Shown: piece by piece, positions 61,337 to 64,000 of the stretch
Layout: every line of letters starts with the position of its first letter
Numbering within the stretch: the first letter of the stretch is position 1
From: Polyangiaceae bacterium
Lineage (GTDB): Bacteria; Myxococcota_A; Polyangia; Polyangiales; Polyangiaceae
Direction: 5' to 3'
NCBI GenBank assembly: GCA_044376115.1
Contig: JBILLK010000012.1
Coordinates: 128,001-192,000 of the forward strand
DNA length: 64,000 nucleotides
Program-made: the position numbers and the translations under genes
Notes under the pieces: generated by a model
Told to the model about the DNA's origin: nothing
Databases searched by the model: none
What the model saw: the letters and a program-made list of their open reading frames with translations, nothing else

Positions 61337-64000
61337 ATGAGACGGAGAAGGTGGGCGCTCGCAGTCTGGACGTTGCTTTCCCTCTCAGGTTGCGCCGCGA
61401 CTGCAGAGCAAGCGCGGGACCCGCTCCTCGCTGCTCGTGAAGCTGCGGAGTCATCCAATGACCCGGAACTGCTGGGCCGGGCGCTGCTGGTAGAATTGAT
61501 CGCTCCAGGAGGGGCCACTACCAAGGTCAGCGCACTGCGGGCGCGCGTTGATGGGAACTCACAGGCTAAGGGTGCGTACGCTTCGCTTGCGCGCGCACTC
61601 GACGACGAGCTGCATGGGTCGCTCACCAGCGCATCTGGCCACTACCTCCAAACCCTCGAGGCACTGAGCAGCAGCGATTCTGCAGAGACGGCCTTGTTGG
61701 CCTCGTTTGCGAGCGTGCGTTTGCGCATGCTGCGAGGCGTAACGGACAGCTTTTTCACGAGCAACCAACCTCGCCTGAGAACCCTCTTCGAGCGGCCCGG
61801 TAGAATTGGCTACCGCGCACGCACGGACCTCCTCACGATGCTGCGACCAGAAAAGACGACCGCGGCAAGCCGAGCTCAATTCGGTGCCGATGGCGGTTGT
61901 ATGGCGGCCGCGCGCTTTGCTGGGCCCTTTGGCAAACCAGCCAATGGCGACATCTTTGTTAGGTTCGCAGCCGAGGAACCAACTCCATGGCCAACCGCGT
62001 TCCCGCCCTCACGTGCGGACGGTACGTCGCCTGTGGTTCGCGCGGGTCAGGCGGAGGAGTGCACCCTCGCAGCCGTTGGTTCGCCTGAGGCCAATGCCGC
62101 AGGGACTCACTACGTCGAGAGCTTCATCACCGTGGACCAAGAGGTCACGGGGTTGCTCTCCGTGTCAGGAGCGCTCGCGATCCGAATCAACGGGTGGGAG
62201 GTCGCCAAATACGATCCACGGAACTTCGCCACCTTCGCCAATTCCGTCGTAGCCGTTCGTCTGCCCGCAGGCCGACATCGCGTCGTGGCGCGGCTGCTTT
62301 CTCCGTCGACCGAGATGCGCTTCATTGATCGTTGGGGCCTTCCCATCGCAAGCAGGGCAGACACGGATGGCGCATTGCCCCACTCGCTTGCCAAGCCCAC
62401 GGTCGAGCACAACCATCATCCTCTCGCGCCCTGGCTTCGAGCCGCGCGGTTGGTGGAGCCCGGCAACTGGCCACCGCCGCCGCCATCGCTCGCGCCGATC
62501 GACGTGGAAGATCCCGTATTGCGGTACATCGCTTCGGCGCTCTCGAGCAGTGAAGGTCACCACGACCTTGCAACGGTGTTGCTTGAACCTTTGGTGAAGG
62601 AGCAAGCGCGGGCGACCGCGGCATCGTTGGCGCTCGCAGCCTTTGCTGCCGAAGAAGATCCCATCTTCAGCAAGAACGACGCTCGAGACCTCGCGTTTCT
62701 TTATCGCAAAGAAGCGGTGAACAAAGACGCGCGGCTCTGGTACGCGCAGCTCTGGTTGCTCATCCACACGGCAGAGAAAGAAGGCGAGAAAACCGCGCTC
62801 GAACCGCTGACCGAGTTGGCGCGCAACTTCCCGGAAGTGCCGGCGATCGGCAAAGCCCTTTACTCCCTCTATGGACGGCTTGGTTATCGGCCAGAGCAAA
62901 AGCGCGTAGTCGCTGACCTGGCCCGAAGATTTCCCGCTGACGTTGAGGTCTTGCGCTCCTATGTGAGCTCGCTCGAGGAGGACGGCAAACGCAAGGAGGC
63001 GCGCGAGCTCGCGGTACGTGTGGATGAGCTAGCCGGTTCGCGCGGCTTCGCGTTTGAGCGCGCCGTTGGCCGTGGGGACTGGGACCTCGCACGCAGCCTG
63101 CTGCAACTCGACCTCGCCGAAGCTGAGGGCACCATGCGTGAGCAGCTAGCCCTACGCGTGGAGGAGCTCGAGGTTCGTGGCGGCCACAAGGCGGAGACAA
63201 GAGGGTCACTCGAGAAGGAGCTCGAGCTCGATCCAACCAACGTAAAGAAGTCGATGGGATTGGCCGACTTTCTCCTCTCCCGTGGGGACCACACGGCACT
63301 GCGAGCTGCTTTGGCGCAGGCCCACCGCGACGGAACGGACCCGTCGGAGGTTCGTGATGCGATCGAGCTCGTCGACGGCGAGACAGACCTGTCTCCCTTC
63401 CGAATTGACGGGCTCGCCGAAATTCGCGCGTACGAGGCTTCCGGCGCAGCGCAGGCTGGGCAGCAAAAGACACGCGGAGGAACGGCGGCCCGCGTTCTCG
63501 ACTACGCGACGTTGTGGGTCTACCGCGATGGATCAGCGCGCATGCTCGAGCACGAGATCCTCCACATGCAGTCGAGCGAGGCCATCGCACGACACGCGGA
63601 ACAACAGCTGCCGAACGGCAAGCTGCTACGGATTCGCACCGTCAAGGCAGACGGCTCGATCCACGAACCGGAGATCGTCTCCGGTAAGCCGACGGCGACG
63701 ATGCCCCACCTCGCGGTTGGTGACTACATCGAGACCGAAACGCTGATCGATCTGCCCGGGGATGGTCGCGGAGAACGCTTCATCAGCCCACGTTGGTTCT
63801 TCCGCGAGGAGGGTGTTGATTACCAGCGCAGTGAGTTTGTCGTCGTCACCCCGCGTTTGCGCGAGCTGGTGGTCGAGACCACCGGCGATGTCCCGGCCCC
63901 AGCCGTCCAGGAAAATGGTCAGGTCATTGTGCGTCGCTTCCGAGTGGACAAGAGCCCAGCCCTACCCAATGAGCCGTTCTCAGCACCGGCCAGCGAGTTT
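61337..64000 (+). CDS. Large lipoprotein with TPRs and DUF3857-like domain; 3' end outside window
   Basis: Absent from the ORF track, consistent with no stop in the window. MRRRRWALAVWTLLSLSGC lipobox; same frame later reads VLDYATLWVYRDGS...RIRTVKADGSIHEPE...MPHLAVGDYIE. Confidence 0.8.
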   Translation, partial: MRRRRWALAVWTLLSLSGCAATAEQARDPLLAAREAAESSNDPELLGRALLVELIAPGGATTKVSALRARVDGNSQAKGAYASLARALDDELHGSLTSASGHYLQTLEALSSSDSAETALLASFASVRLRMLRGVTDSFFTSNQPRLRTLFERPGRIGYRARTDLLTMLRPEKTTAASRAQFGADGGCMAAARFAGPFGKPANGDIFVRFAAEEPTPWPTAFPPSRADGTSPVVRAGQAEECTLAAVGSPEANAAGTHYVESFITVDQEVTGLLSVSGALAIRINGWEVAKYDPRNFATFANSVVAVRLPAGRHRVVARLLSPSTEMRFIDRWGLPIASRADTDGALPHSLAKPTVEHNHHPLAPWLRAARLVEPGNWPPPPPSLAPIDVEDPVLRYIASALSSSEGHHDLATVLLEPLVKEQARATAASLALAAFAAEEDPIFSKNDARDLAFLYRKEAVNKDARLWYAQLWLLIHTAEKEGEKTALEPLTELARNFPEVPAIGKALYSLYGRLGYRPEQKRVVADLARRFPADVEVLRSYVSSLEEDGKRKEARELAVRVDELAGSRGFAFERAVGRGDWDLARSLLQLDLAEAEGTMREQLALRVEELEVRGGHKAETRGSLEKELELDPTNVKKSMGLADFLLSRGDHTALRAALAQAHRDGTDPSEVRDAIELVDGETDLSPFRIDGLAEIRAYEASGAAQAGQQKTRGGTAARVLDYATLWVYRDGSARMLEHEILHMQSSEAIARHAEQQLPNGKLLRIRTVKADGSIHEPEIVSGKPTATMPHLAVGDYIETETLIDLPGDGRGERFISPRWFFREEGVDYQRSEFVVVTPRLRELVVETTGDVPAPAVQENGQVIVRRFRVDKSPALPNEPFSAPASEF

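Noticed and set aside
63551..63565. HEILH (HExxH-like) in the last lipoprotein
   Set aside because: Falls in a likely beta-strand of the DUF3857-like region with no metallopeptidase context; probably chance.

Overview
GC-rich, gene-dense bacterial window. Gene content suggests a myxobacterium, probably Polyangiales/Sorangiineae (inferred from four Hanks-type Ser/Thr kinases, a Myxococcales-type sigma-70/ECF factor, many Gly/Cys-rich lipoproteins and an ERG3-like sterol desaturase). Bases 1-22.6 kb are one co-oriented minus-strand run: DUF5522-like protein, exported protein, prmA, rsmE, membrane Ser/Thr kinase, a type II secretion cluster (gspD-E-F-G'-G-H-I-J-K-L-M-N, no gspC/gspO seen), ccmE, and a large FGE-sulfatase-domain lipoprotein that runs off the left edge. 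The middle holds efp, a TPR protein, a split histidine-kinase pair, pcp, a divergent sigma factor / zinc-finger kinase pair, lipoproteins, an orphan ruvB, and MFS/SDR/ArsC/hydrolase genes. A kinase-GNAT-HK-pseudoHK-HTH run lies divergent from glnB-glnA. The right end has a sterol desaturase, another kinase, and degenerate peptidase/methyltransferase folds next to a large DUF3857-type lipoprotein that runs off the right edge. No rRNA, tRNA, CRISPR or IS element was recognised. Best leads: a possible post-translational nitrogen-control module around a Ser49-bearing, Q39T P-II protein; a switch-like structured glnA leader; a shared SPWFWI-TM-TVRI C-terminal motif; and repeated active/inactive enzyme pairings. 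All family calls are by motif recognition only; no database searches were run.
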